DNA of 62,139 bases, filler included, from Sphacelaria rigidula (taxonomy: Eukaryota), in assembly GCA_964200075.2 (NCBI GenBank). It is 6 parts of 6 records of this genome, joined end to end, with 100 filler letters (N's around TTAATTAATTAA, not from the genome) between each part and the next. Parts side by side here need not be neighbours in the genome. Positions count along the whole stretch, not along the records: positions 1 to 10,275 come from CAXNAA020006815.1; positions 10,376 to 20,649 come from CAXNAA020006816.1; 4 more parts are not named here. One strand, given 5' to 3'. Position numbers and translations under genes: made by a program. The notes under the pieces are model-generated. The model was given only the letters and a program-made list of their open reading frames with translations, did no database searches and had not been told where the DNA came from. Below are positions 1 through 11,843 of this stretch, one piece after another; positions within the stretch are counted from its first letter, which is position 1, and each line of letters begins with the position of its first letter.

Positions 1-54
1 GGTCTGACTCTGAATCTGAAACTACGTTCTGAATCGCACGAATATAGTGTTGTA

Positions 55-120
55 GGCGCATCAGCCGGGGCCACACAGGAGGAAAGCCACCACAGGAGGG
101 TTTTTTTCGTCTTTTTATTT
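55..120 (-). mobile_element. 3' fragment of SINE family 1
   Basis: ggcgcatcagccggggccacacaggaggaaag...acaggag matches 15685-15730 and 23118-23160. Confidence 0.75.
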
Positions 121-1534
121 TTTATTGTAGTACCCTACCAAGGGTCTGTAGAAAAACATTTCGGGATACGTAGGCCCTAATATCGAAAATTCAAATTCTC
201 GAGGGAGGGGGGGGGGCACCTAGCCTTCTATCCCCTAGTTTATTGCCGAGGCGTTGGCGGATGCGGTCAGCTGCCGCGTACAGAGATCCTTGGCATGGAG
301 ACCGCTGGGATGACGGACACACCGCACCTCCAAGCTCATCAACAGCCATGATCACATTTATGGGATCATATTCCGTGTCGCGTGTGCCTCGACGACCTAC
401 CACTAGTCCAGGCAAATTTGGCGAGGCGTGAGATAATGTTGACGTTGCTACCTTGGGCACAGACATAGGCTGTCGCTACCGTGCACTCGTGTATTGTACA
501 CAGATGCGTGTGAGCGTTGCCGGCATCCGAGGTCATCGTGACAGGGCGGGCAAGGAGCAGAAGCGAGTATACGAACCTCGCAAAGCCCGCCAGACTTCTC
601 GGTTTTTGTCAGTGTTTGTTGATCAATTGCTATCTATTATTAATACATTAATTAATACATGAATTATTTAAATATTGTTTGGGGATGGATGGTTGTGTTT
701 AATTTTTGGACAAGGGAAAAACAATATCTTTCAACAATACAGGCTGATTCACGGGTAAAAAAACAAATTCTGTCATCAGCAAATGCCTTCTGCAATACGC
801 ACCCAATAGTCGCATGCATGGTATCATATTGACCGCGATGAACAGACGAACAGGGTGACATAGCCGGGTTTTTTTCAAGGCTGTACTGTAGCGGTGGCGC
901 TATGTACAAAAATGTGTCTGGACGAATCAGCGCCTTTCAAACTGTGCCGAAATTCAAAACACGAATTCCAAGACCAATTTCCACCGAATCTCCACATGCT
1001 TCAAATCGTAGTGACCGTCATCACCTCAAGAATCTCACGGGAGAAACGGATTTGAAAACGGTTCCAACGGGGTCGAAGTATACCCGAAACTGTAATGTTT
1101 CGGTGATGTGGAGTTGGGCGTCGTCTAATTTCCACTCATGATACGCAGGAAAGACTCGGGGAGCCTCGTGACGATTTGCCTTGTATCTGTTGTAGAAAAG
1201 CGCAGATCATCCTCAAACTTGGCAGTTCCGTAGGTATTGATGCTCCAAATGAAAAATTGTGTTCTTGGCAAGGCTTCAAAGTTTCTCCGTTCTCTACCGG
1301 CTTCCCGGGGTCCCAGTACAAAGACCCCCGGAAGTCGGTACATAATGACTCAAAAAAATAATAATATGATGCGTCCCGGGATGTTAGAAGGAACACATGT
1401 ACGAAGTTTAGTGGAGAAACTCGAAAATCTCACACGATGTTTCCTGCCTTGACGTAAAATTCACCCTAGAAGATGTTTTGATATTCAAACCAAGTAGTTA
1501 GGAGTCTGCACGTTGTAAGCTCACATCCTCGTTC

Positions 1535-2211
1535 AAACGCGCAAATCTTCACGCATTTATTAGGAGTTAGACCCTGAAACTCTGCGCAAATGTGCTATGG
1601 GTCATTACGCAAGTTTCGATCAACGAGGGTTTTCTAGTTCTCGATTTTTTCTATCGTTTTTCGGGGGTCCGACGGGATTCAAGTCGTCTTTTCGAAGTCG
1701 CCCATTCTGGGATCCCGGAAAACCGGCACTGCGGTATTTTTTTCATTTTTTTTTCGCGAACGCTCTGTCGCCGCAAAACCCAAGGAAGAACCCCACAGAT
1801 TTTCGTGGCCAAACTCGATTAACTGGTGCTTGAATTTTCATGTTCACGTCAAAGAAGGTCCCAAAAACGCCATTCTAATACTAAAATCTAGTAGTTTGCC
1901 GTTTCACCGTGGCACGGCAAGGTTCGTCGCACAAACGCGAAAAACTTCACGCCATTTCAAGGAGTTAGACCCTGAAATTTTGTATAGGTGTGCTATGGAT
2001 CATTACGCAACTTTCAGTCGACGAGTTTTTTTTTCTCCGTTTTACGGGGGTCCGACTGCATCGAAGTTTCCCCGAAAAACTGGGACCCTGGATAAACGGT
2101 TAAAAAAGCAAAAAATCAAAAAAAAAAAACGACCTTGGAAAGTTGCGTAGTGACTCATAGAACACCTGTGCAAAAAATCAGGGTCTACTTCCAAAAAGGC
2201 GTGAAGTTTTG
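1535..2211. repeat. Foldback/MITE-like repeat: direct copies 1535-1625 and 1935-2030, inverted copy 2137-2211
   Basis: The unit cttcacgc...gagttagaccctgaaa...gtgctatgg.tcattacgcaa occurs twice forward and once as reverse complement. Confidence 0.7.
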
Positions 2212-2286
2212 CCGATGAGTGTTTTGGGGATTTTTTCCGTGAACCAGCCTGTATAAAAAAAAATCATGACAATTTTCGAAAAATTG

Positions 2287-3037
2287 CACACGTCGGACGA
2301 GTCATTACTCATTGAAACAAGTGCACTCGTGGATGTTTTTTTGAAACACAACGAGCATGACTCGTGTGCTTGCCCTATTATTTTTTTCCACAATGAGCAG
2401 TGACTCGAGTGCTCGCCCTGTTATTTTTCACGGACAACGAGCAGCCCAACGAGTGCGAGTGCCACGAGTCATACTCGTGCTCGTCCCGTCGCTGGTTCGC
2501 CAGCATCTTTACTCGTAGAAGGGGGCTTGCTCATCGGTCGTCGCCAAACGGCACTGCTATTAAATGTGAATGTAAATGTACTACTCGAGATATACTCTCC
2601 GTCTATTCCGTAGAACTCTGATCTGTGTGTGTGTGTGGGGGGGGGGGGCTTGGATAAAATGGAAACGAGCTTTGGAGCTCGACGCTTGTGCATGTGCAGA
2701 TATGCATATGAACTTGAAGATTCTAGGTTCAAGATCGTCGAAAAGCCCATTGTAATTATTTTCTCGTCGGACTGCTGACTCCTCTCCTCCACTCAAGTCG
2801 TTCATCACGAGCAATGACTCGAGTGCTCGCCCTACGAATTTTCTCCACAACGAGCAATGACTCGAGTACTCGCCCTATTATTTTTTTCCACAACGAGCAA
2901 TGAATCGAGTGCTCACCCTACTTCTTTTTTCCACAATGAGCAATGACTCGAGTACTCGCCCTATTAATTTTTACGGCCAACGAGCAGCCCAACGAGTGCA
3001 AGTACCACGAGTCACACTCGTGCTCGTCCGACGTGTG
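2287..3037. mobile_element. Non-autonomous TIR element with subterminal tandem arrays (hAT/P-like by TSD length)
   Basis: Perfect 15-bp TIR CACACGTCGGACGAG (2287-2301 and 3023-3037). The 8-bp flanks aaaaattg and gaaaattg differ by one base. Multiple ~40-bp units acaacgagcaatgactcgagtgctcgccctatt. Confidence 0.75.
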
Positions 3038-4213
3038 GAAAATTGTCCTCCGGGAGGAGGGGGGGGGGTCCGTGTCCGAAAAAGTTATCTCGACAGAACC
3101 TTGATATCACCTTCCTTCTCCGGTGCTTGCTTTCCTCTTTATCGCGAGATGGGTTCAACGGTTAACCACCAACATTACACGGAAAGGAGAGCACCGGAAA
3201 TGGGCTACGATATTACTGAGGAAAAAAACATACATTGCCATCTTTGAACGGGGTACAAGTCTCACATGACCATTCCTGAACCGGACTGCAAAAGTAAACA
3301 CCTTCAAGGGTGGTTAGAGTAGGGTACATTCCCTGGGGAAAACTTGGATTTTCAGGGTACATTTGGTGATACCCAGGACTCCAGGGTATCCAAGGTATAT
3401 CGACTGTCAGAAAACTCGGCATTCTAGGGTACGCAGGTTATCGACAACCCGAAGTACCAAACTCTGTACCCCATCGTAACTACTCGTAAACGTCTTGAAT
3501 TCCTTCTTTGAACCGGTTCAGGGATTGAATACGTGGCAAAGAAACTCGTGACGTTTCGGACATACAACGTTTTCGTGATATTGAGAGGCTGATAGCAGCC
3601 GATCATCGCCATTGAGGTTGGAGCTTTCCATTCATTGAGGATGACAACCCGGAATATTAAAAAATCGTCCTATCCACACCAGTTCTTCGAGATATAGTTG
3701 CACTTCTTCACCTACTGGTCGCTAGTGGCAATAAATACACGCCATAAAAATCTGGATTACGATGAACGAAATGTTGGGGTCCTGGGTGAGAAACAGTTAT
3801 GGGGAATTCAAGTCATCCGACCGGTGATCGGCGATGTAGGACACGATTGAGAGTGAAAAGCGGTCAATCAATGAATTGATTATATTCAGTTCCGAAATTC
3901 CCCTCTGGGCCTCATACGAGGCCCTGTCCGCTTTCCGTTGTAGCTTGCGCTGAAGCCTTTGATATCTCTGAGTAGGATATGGACGTGTAGCTGTAAGCAC
4001 ACTACAGTGTTTCAGGCGAAGAAAAGCACACATAAATTGAAAAAAGAGTCAACTCAGAGCTAAAAACAAAAATCGCACTCTCAATCAATGCTAGACTCTC
4101 AATGTCACGAAAACATTGGTCCATTTGAAAAAAACAGCCGATCACGCGTAAAATCGGACGGATTTGTTTTGTTATTTTCGATGCGCGTCGATGATCATCG
4201 ATTGGTCATCTAA

Positions 4214-4383
4214 TTGATTGATTGATTGATTGTCGCAAATCAACTTATCCCCGTGGGACCCAGCGGTGAACACAGGATACACGTACCGGAGTTTAATAAA
4301 CGGAAAAGCTCGCTACGTAAGAAAAATGGGAAACACAAAAAAGTGGAATGATCAGAGCAACACTGAAAACGAACAAAACAAAA

Positions 4384-4437
<54 letters not shown>
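4214..4437 (-). repeat. Retroposon (LINE-like) 3' end with (AATC)n tail, running into a (CA)n microsatellite
   Basis: The reverse complement ends tgcgacaatcaatcaatc, as at 39062-39080 and 40252-40270. (CA)n at 4390-4437. Confidence 0.55.
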
Positions 4438-4441
<4 letters not shown>

Positions 4442-4526
4442 GCACGAAACCCACCAGAAAAAGGGGAGGAGAGGGAATGAGCAGGCCAGAAAACGAAATT
4501 CTCCGATATATATATATATATATATA

Positions 4527-4872
4527 TGGAGGATACCTCTTTGCAGTAACATATCAGAGACTGATGCCACACATGTATGAAGACCCAGCGCAAGCAGGGA
4601 CAAGGTGGGAACGGTCCGGAAGGACCAGATTACCGAGGGCCCTGTAAGGCCGACGTAACTAGACAACTTGGGGTGATGCCAGAAAGAGCCTAATATAGGA
4701 CGGTCCAACATCCCCCAAGGTCCTGGTCGCCCCTGGCGACCACTTCTAGTCTGACCCACTTCTTGCCTACATATACAAGAGGAAATCATCGCCAGCCTCG
4801 GTGTTCCTTCGGCATCAGGACGGCAGTCTCTCCGTAAGTCTCTGACCACTCTAGCGATACGCCTTCCTCACA
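4527..4872 (+). mobile_element. 5' LTR of Gypsy element C, next to a (TA)n tract
   Basis: Ends tg-gagga...tcctcaca form an imperfect terminal inverted repeat (TG..CA). A PBS-like TGGCGAC follows directly. Confidence 0.65.
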
Positions 4873-4873
4873 C

Positions 4874-4890
4874 TGGCGACACCAGAACAG
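4874..4890 (+). promoter_or_regulatory. Putative tRNA primer-binding site of element C
   Basis: TGGCGACACCAG lies 1 nt after the LTR-terminal CA. TGG is complementary to the tRNA CCA end. Confidence 0.6.
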
Positions 4891-5062
4891 AACTCAAGCA
4901 AGACAGGCCTTAGAGGAAAAAAATTGGAACGAGAACCGACTGCTCCCCGACACCGGAAACAATAGGGTCCCCCAAGGAACGCTACTCCAGGTGAAACGTA
5001 TGAGTCATGTGCTTAATTATTCGAGTTGAGAGGTTATTGGGGTCATGTGTTTGCATCAACGC

Positions 5063-5240
5063 GGAATTAGCCTCCTCAATGTGCATTTACATGTCACCCG
5101 CATGACTAATCAAAGAGCGGGACGGGAAGTTGGACTCCTCAGAGTGCAGTACATGTCACCTGTATGGCTAGTCAAACGGCGAAAACGCGAAATTTGTCTC
5201 GTCAGCGTGCATTCTATGTCACCGGAATGGCTAATTTTAA
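5063..5240 (+). repeat. Three tandem ~61-bp degenerate repeats in the 5' region of element C
   Basis: gaa..g.ctcctca..gtgca.t.catgtcacc.g.atg.cta.t occurs at about 5063, 5126 and 5189. Confidence 0.75.
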
Positions 5241-5959
5241 ACAGCGAAACGACACCTATCGACCAGCCTTTCACCACCATCGCGCAAAAGGCACGGCAAT
5301 TAATCAAGCAGGCCGACCTCGGGAACTGCGGTGACTCGAAATAGCTCTAAAAAATAAGTTACCCAACCTGCGAAAGCACGACCTTGTCATTCCCTACAAT
5401 GTAGCGAGCGAAAGAAGGAGGTATATCGGATGGTCTTACCGCATCCCAGCCCACAAGCTGAGCGAAGTTGAATCTCACACCTCATCACGCATGAAATGAA
5501 GGAGAGTGTCAACCTTCTGGTGAAGAAACATATCGGAGGAATGCGGGTTTCTCGGTCAAGTACAGTAACTCACTCCTCCAGAGGGGCACCAAAACAGCCC
5601 TCTGTTGTGGTGTGAAAGTACATACTAGGAGCAGAAGCGGGAAAGAGCACGATGAGAGTTGGTTCCTAAGCAGCCTTCAGAGCAGCTGTGGAAAAAACAA
5701 TACACCACACGGAGGCCCATCATCGAACACGTAGCTCAACTCGTTGGGGCTCTCAAGCATGTTACATTCTGCTCCGTACCCCAATGAATCGGTAGCGTTA
5801 CATCCCGTTGTAAGCAGGAGCTGTTAATTCGAAAACGAAACACCAGTCTTCCTTTTTTCAGCCCGATCTGGGACGATCACTCTTATGACACATACAACGC
5901 ATCAACGCTCGCCAGGTATACAGATGCGCCCCTAGCGCTATCCTGTGCACCAGCCGGCG

Positions 5960-6260
5960 TTAGAGTCGCAGCCAGAGTAAACGGTACCCTCGCTGGAAAA
6001 AATCGCAATCGATTCCGCATCAGATGTACCGTGTATCAGCAAAAGTTCATAGATGAACATCAGGCCATCATGGCAGCTGATTTATATAAAACCAGTACCG
6101 CCAGGAGCCATCGATCTCGGAAGCGCGGACGGTTCCTCCATAAAAAATCCTAGGGGTCATTCGTTTCGAACTTACTTTAGGGGTAAAAAACTCCACCAGG
6201 AAAGGCGTTTGTATTACCTAACCTGGCACCGGGTTGTCTATTACAAGACAACTCCATTAT
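5960..6260 (+). pseudogene. Retroviral-type aspartic protease remnant of element C
   Basis: DSA catalytic motif at 6011-6019 in IAIDSASDVPCIS, then IKPVPPGAIDLGSADGSSI. Frameshifted. Confidence 0.7.
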
Positions 6261-6949
6261 GAGTGCTTTTCAAGCTATACTCTGTACTCGACTGGCAGAC
6301 GGAAGAACGAACATTCAGTTATTCCAGCATAAAAATCAAAGCATCGCATCGAAAACAACAGGGCTCACAAAATACAACACACTGAAACAGCATACTGTTC
6401 TAAGAGGCAGGGTGACATGTTCTAACCCTGCTCCACTCTAAAAAAAATGCAGTATGCCACCACAAAGTGAAATGGCAGTACTAGTTGGAACGGAAAAAAA
6501 TACCCCGTCAACAACAACAACAGCTGTCGTGGAGCCGCACATAATAGGCGAGGAAGACACTTGATCGCCTGATGTACCTCAAGCATTCACGCGCACCATT
6601 GCTTCAAGAACAGCATGCACGTAGTCGACGAATAGAACGGAAATGGTACAAATCGCCAACCCGTTGGGCCGACATGTAAATCCCGGAAAAACTTCATGAT
6701 AATGATGGAGACGAAAACCGGAGAAACTTCATGTGATTCCGCACATCCTCTCACGGCTGTTCGCGCTACTCAAGAGCGACGAGAAGTTGAAACCAGACCG
6801 CCGCTTACCCAAATATGTGGTAACGGGCTAAAGACCATGCGTTGCAAACAGTTGGACCACATATCACCGTCAAATATCAGCTAATAATCTCCACCGTTTG
6901 AAGCTAGTGCAAAGTGACCGAGAGCTGCCAGTCAACCGCGGAAGAAACT

Positions 6950-8684
6950 GCAAAACGACCGGAGACGAGAATGCGCACACTATGTCAGGGTTGCCAACGC
7001 CGGGAAAACGGTCCACAACCGGCCAAAATTTGTCGATGGGACACGTTACGGTTGGACGGCTATACGAAAGAGCGCCGGCAAACCCAGTCGAATGAAAAGC
7101 AACTTCCACATCAAAAGCTGGAGTACTAAATATGTACTGTCCGTATTGGACCACCTCACAAGGTATGCTTTGCTCATTCCGGTGCCGAAAAAACAATATA
7201 ACCAAAACTCTTATTGACAAGAGTCTTTACTGCATTTGGCACCCCGGGAAAGCCGCGTTCGAATTAAATAGCGGGATTTGAGAACAAACTGACATACGCA
7301 CTGCAACAGGAGTTAAGTTTCACAGTCTTACGCCAAAAAAAGAGAAAGCAAGTCAACTGCCAAGATTCCCGCATACAAAAATCATACGCACCTCATGTAT
7401 CTTTCGACGGTTTAACAGGGTTTAGTACCGTATTTTCAGTACAAATCAAGGGTTATTTTGCTTGTGGATTTCTCCGCCGTGTCTGTTCTAACAAGCCTGA
7501 AACTTGGCACAGAGGTAGAACACAACACAGACAGCATATTCCCGGAGCGGCGGCACGTTTTACGTAGTGCGCTAGACGCACGAAGCAAAATACGGATTTT
7601 GGGCAATGCCATCGAAACGCCCTCGAAACGCAGTCCCCTCGGCCCAGACTGCGTGAGACGTCGGTGGATGCATATGTTGACACGTAGATACGCTCACTTC
7701 CTGCTGAGTGGCTCCTGCCCCGGCAAACGAACACATCGATCCGTATTGCGCACACTCTGGATGATGTCATTCTACGCGGTATTTATCTTGGTATCGCCTG
7801 TAGAGGTGCTCACTTCAGGAGACATGGCCATGCAAGCGCTGTTAGTGCTTCTACGTGCTGAAACATCGACCACATGTCATGTAGACTACAGAAAACAACC
7901 CCATCTTGCTGAATCTGGGGTTGCGCGGTGTGTGCGTGCGTATTGGGGCGAACATATGTCGGATTCTGTTCCGATTTTTTCTTTTCTTTTGGCGTAAGAC
8001 TGTTCAATAAAACTCGCACGACACCGCTACGCCCGCAAGGTAATTTAATGTCGGAACGAGTCCACTCCACTATGCATGTGATGTTAGCTATGCATATGTC
8101 AGTTGGGAACAAAAACTGGGTACCCATGCTTCCATTCGTCGAAATGGCGTACAACATTTCTTAATCACAATACAGTACAAGAGACCGTGTTTTTTGTTGT
8201 TCGGAAGACAGTCCAAATTACCAATTGACATTATGCTCGGCATACCTGAAGAGAGCCAAGCAGCAACACTCAAAGAATTTTCCAAAGAAACACAGGAAAC
8301 CTACAGTTTGGATTTGAAATTGCGAGACAAGCCCTACGAGAAAGAGCGAACGAGCAAGTAAACAAGAACAAATTCGAATCTTTCCCATTGTTCAAACCCA
8401 GTCAAAATGTACTCTTGTACCCGCCATACCAGGATTCAGAAAGGCTGAACCCCAAACTCCAATTACCATGGAGAGGGCCTTTCATGATAACCGAGAGACG
8501 ATCGCCGGTTGGGTACATAATCAAAATAGGCGACGACTTTAGAGAAACGTCAGTACATCTCGCTCATTTGAAGAAATATCAACCGCGAGAAACAGCGCCA
8601 ACTCCGGACTTTGACAATAGGTTAGCTGAATGCTCACATCCGGACTCGGAATCCAAAACTACAGAGAAACGGAAACGGATGTGA
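6950..8684 (+). pseudogene. Integrase remnant of element C, split by a MITE
   Basis: Zn-finger CxxC, integrase core and GPF/SH3-like motif. Removing 7323-8002 plus one TSD restores QQELSF-NKTRTTPLRPQGN in frame. Confidence 0.85.
7323..8002. mobile_element. 680-bp MITE / non-autonomous DNA transposon inserted in the integrase
   Basis: Perfect 16-bp TIR CAGTCTTACGCCAAAA. TTCA is duplicated on both flanks (7319-7322 and 8003-8006). No transposase motif seen inside. Confidence 0.9.
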
Positions 8685-9001
8685 CTGTTCAACAGACTGT
8701 TCGAGCGTCCTAGCAAAACGCGCAAGGGTTGAGCAGTAACCTAGGGTCAAAATTCGGAGATGAATGAGACTCAAAAGCGACAGCCTAGCAGCTGACCTAA
8801 CCTATCGAGCTGACGAAACAACACAGGGTAGACACCTCCTCGATATATACCGTCATGACATCAGGTTAGCAAAGCGCTCACATCCGGAGTCGAAATCCGA
8901 AAATACCGGGTAACGGAAACATATGTGACTGTTCAACAGACTCTTTGAGCGTCCTAGCAGAACGCTCAAGGGTTGAGCAGTAGCCCGGGGTCACCATTCG
9001 G
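8633..9001 (+). repeat. ~125-bp direct repeat (8633-8757 and 8877-9001) at the 3' end of element C
   Basis: ctcacatccgga.tcg.aatcc...tgtgactgttcaacagact.t..gagcgtcctagca.aacgc.caagggttgagcagta occurs twice, 244 bp apart. Confidence 0.85.
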
Positions 9002-9469
9002 GGATCAAGGAGAGTCACAAGAGGAAAAAACGAAAATACGACGTTAAAATAATGCAGATATGATCGGGAAAATATCTGACATGTCAACGGTGACTGAGGT
9101 GCAACTTCCCAAGGAAGACACACAGACACACAGACACACACACAGATAGGCGGGGAATTATAGTAAGGCATAGACAAGGCATAGGGGCAGGCAGAGAGAG
9201 ACAGAGCAACATAGACTGAGACACATGGAAGAAAGCTGTAAAAAGGGTGCGACCCAAGAACACAGTACAGCGTGCACAAAAGCACAAGCAGGGAACATCA
9301 TTGCAAGATCACAGACCACGGATAAAATCAACAACCAAGGGAGAATACATAACTACATCGGTTTCGGTCTCAACCTAACTGCCCGCTCTCATCCCTAGTC
9401 GGGTACAAAGCGAGTCACTATCTTCACCATTCCCGTCCCAGATTCCTCGCGAGCTGCTGCCACCGTCAT

Positions 9470-9745
9470 GTCAGTATTAGCGGCTCTCTGATTAACAGCT
9501 CCCGATGCAACAGCCTCTCGTTTGTGGCAAGCGTCCGATTGGCGTTTGCTTTCCCTTCGTCACACCTCCTCGAAGTCTTAGGCCGCTTTCTCGACTCCAA
9601 GATGCCATTTGCCCTTGTTCTTTGCCGCCGTGACCCCACCGTGTGCGTCTTTGACCTCCACACCGTCGACAAACCATTTCCGTCGCGCTTTTTTCTGTGG
9701 AAAAGCCCCAAGTGTACGTATGTTCTCGTGGAGGCGGGCCCCCCA
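9470..9745 (-). mobile_element. Probable LINE (RTE-like) C-terminal remnant
   Basis: The peptide KWFVDGVEVKDAHGGVTAAKNKGKWHLGVEKAA resembles, from memory, the W..AA.+..+W...V C-terminus of RTE-type ORFs. No RT core seen. Confidence 0.45.
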
Positions 9746-9751
9746 GTGTTC

Positions 9752-10125
9752 GGGAGGTATACTCATTATCTTGCGTGCCGCTATCGTAAGGTCATTGACC
9801 TCGCATCCTTAATGAGCCGGGACGGAGTACGCTGGGTTTTTTTTTCGCCGATCCAGGCTCGCCATCAATCACCAAGCACAAGCACCGTGGTGTCTTCGGC
9901 GAGTTGCATGAGGAGTAATCATCCATCCTGCTAAGATTGTTCGGCCCGAGGCGTACTAGTCATCCTGAATATAGATGATAGCCTCCGATGAGCCGATTCA
10001 TTTTTTGGACTCGCCCCTTTCAGCGACAACCACGGGTTACACTGCGTCATGGGTGTCTCACCATTCAAACGCTACGTAGTACGATTGTGCCCTCTCCGCG
10101 GAGTAGTGGTTCTCCCGCCCCGCGC
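9752..10125 (-). repeat. Unclassified interspersed repeat family R (poly-G/C end)
   Basis: Aligns by eye with 14826-15130, 10376-10497 and the reverse complement of 53970-54349. Confidence 0.8.
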
Positions 10126-10275
10126 AATATATTATGACACTTTCTACGATAGCCCCCCCCCCCGAACCAGCTAAAACTGTCACGAACAAAATGGCCATAC
10201 AGGGCCTGATGTTGGGCTTCAGGCTGCATGAAGCGCCTCATATTGGCGACATTGTCTAGAACGAACCCAAGCGTG

Positions 10276-10375
10276 NNNNNNNNNNNNNNNNNNNNNNNNN
10301 NNNNNNNNNNNNNNNNNNNTTAATTAATTAANNNNNNNNNNNNNNNNNNNNNNNNNNNNNNNNNNNNNNNNNNNN
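10276..10375. other. Artificial contig linker (N44-TTAATTAATTAA-N44)
   Basis: 100-bp spacer with stop codons in all six frames. Identical linkers recur about every 10,374 bp. Confidence 0.98.
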
Positions 10376-10497
10376 GGCGAGAAGCCTGCTGATTATCTTG
10401 CATTTGGATGACAGCCTACAATGAGTTCCTTAATTTCTGGTATCGCCACTTCCCGAGACAGCCACAGCATATACACTGCCTCATGGGTGCCTCACCA
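10376..10497 (-). repeat. Family R fragment at contig start
   Basis: ctgattatcttgcatttggatgacagcctacaatgag...actgcctcatgggtg. Confidence 0.8.
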
Positions 10498-11673
10498 TAC
10501 TTTTGGGGGGGGGGGGGGCTATCGTAGAAAGTGTCGTCCACAAACACGAAGTACTGAAGAGCCGGGTCCGACAAGCCAAAACGTCACCTCTGCGCTCTAG
10601 GGAGCAAATATGAAAAAAAAAAAAAAAGAGGGGTCAAACGAGCTAGCTCATGATCCGGATCAGTAGACTACCAACAAGTAGTAATCAGGTAGCTCATGGG
10701 CTGTTCGACGGGTGATCTCGAGTTGCCCAGCCGACTTTACAGATAATGTTTGCTCACCAGTCTGTGTATGGCTTCATTATGCTCACCTGAACCCTGAGTC
10801 CTTGTCAAGTCACGGCATGTGAACATGGTATGGCGCAAGAAGGATATAGACCCGAATGTGAAAATCACCGTTCAGAATATTCTTCAAGGGGGAAAAATGT
10901 TACGTTCAACGAGTTCGGTATTTTCTTTGGAGTGAAAAGTAGAGGAGAAAAGAAACATCAGGGTGATGACCAAAAATGTAAATATACGCGGTTCGAACTA
11001 ACGAAATCGTGGCAAGTTTGGAGTAAAACAAACCAAGTATAACTGTATGTACTTACTGTGTTTGAGGGACAAAAAATCCGAAGTCTGGATAATGACTGAA
11101 GGGGAGGTGTTTGGTTCCACGTACCATAAAGGTACAATATCGTCTTAGGATGAAATACTGCAAAAATGCCACTATTGGGCTGAAAACCTCCCCCAACTAC
11201 TATTCAACAGGTACAACTCACGGACAGGGCGGGATGGGCGTGTACACAACACTAAAGCTCGACAATATCGCATTAGTAGAATATTGGAAAGAAAACGGGT
11301 ACGAGGGCATGAGGAAACAGTGGCGGTACCAATTAGGTCGTTCTCCATTGTGGACACGTTGGCGATCACAAAGTTGTAACACAGGTCATGCGAATCCCCG
11401 TGATGCTGGAATATATCGGTATATCGACTATGTATATATCGCTCCCGACCCCCCCCCCCGCGCGCGCGCGCCTCCCCCCACCTTATTTTTCCCCCTCCCC
11501 CTCCCTCTCCCCTGATCCGAACATCTCCTTCGTCCCACTGAAAACATATGACACACAATATAGCATAATATGAAAACAGAACAGTAGAAGTTGGTGGAAT
11601 ATGACACACATAGGACAGTAGAATATGGCGTATCGGAGTAGTCCTTGAATGTCATACACGAGCGCATAAGTAC

Positions 11674-11843
11674 CTTCGATCTGCGGCTTGATTTTCTTCT
11701 GCGTGTATCGAGCCTCTGCGCGCGCTTCCCATCATCGTATGTCTTCAAGATGAAGAACAGGCAGCAGGACAGCAAGATCATGGCTCCAAACAGGATGATG
11801 GCAACGAGCACGGTTGCCCAAGTGCTCACTCCATCATCATCGG
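11674..11843 (-). CDS. Internal exon of a single-pass (type I) membrane protein: TM helix plus basic cytoplasmic segment
   Basis: Pyrimidine-rich tract and ttcgcag acceptor, AAG|gtactt donor. Encodes DDDGVSTWATVLVAIILFGAMILLSCCLFFILKTYDDGKRAQRLDTRRRKSSRRSK. Confidence 0.7.

Larger units (their letters stand above)
4527..9001 (+). mobile_element. Decayed, internally deleted Ty3/Gypsy element C (LTR-PBS-gag?-PR-INT; RT/RH and 3' LTR not seen)
   Basis: Protease motif IAIDSASDVPCIS at 6002-6040 and LGSADGS. Integrase CQGCQRR (~6985), YVLSVLDHLTRYALLIPV (~7130-7185), RPQGNLMSERVHST (~8030-8070), NPKLQLPWRGPF (~8450-8485). Many stops and frameshifts. Confidence 0.85.

Noticed and set aside
2340-2970. 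CRISPR-like array of ~40-bp repeats
   Set aside because: Units are contiguous and degenerate, with no unique spacers and no cas genes. They lie inside a TIR element in eukaryotic DNA.
10137-10535. Inverted repeat gacactttctacgatagcccccc and ggggggctatcgtagaaagtgtc
   Set aside because: The two arms lie on different contigs across an artificial linker, so they are just two ends of a common repeat family.
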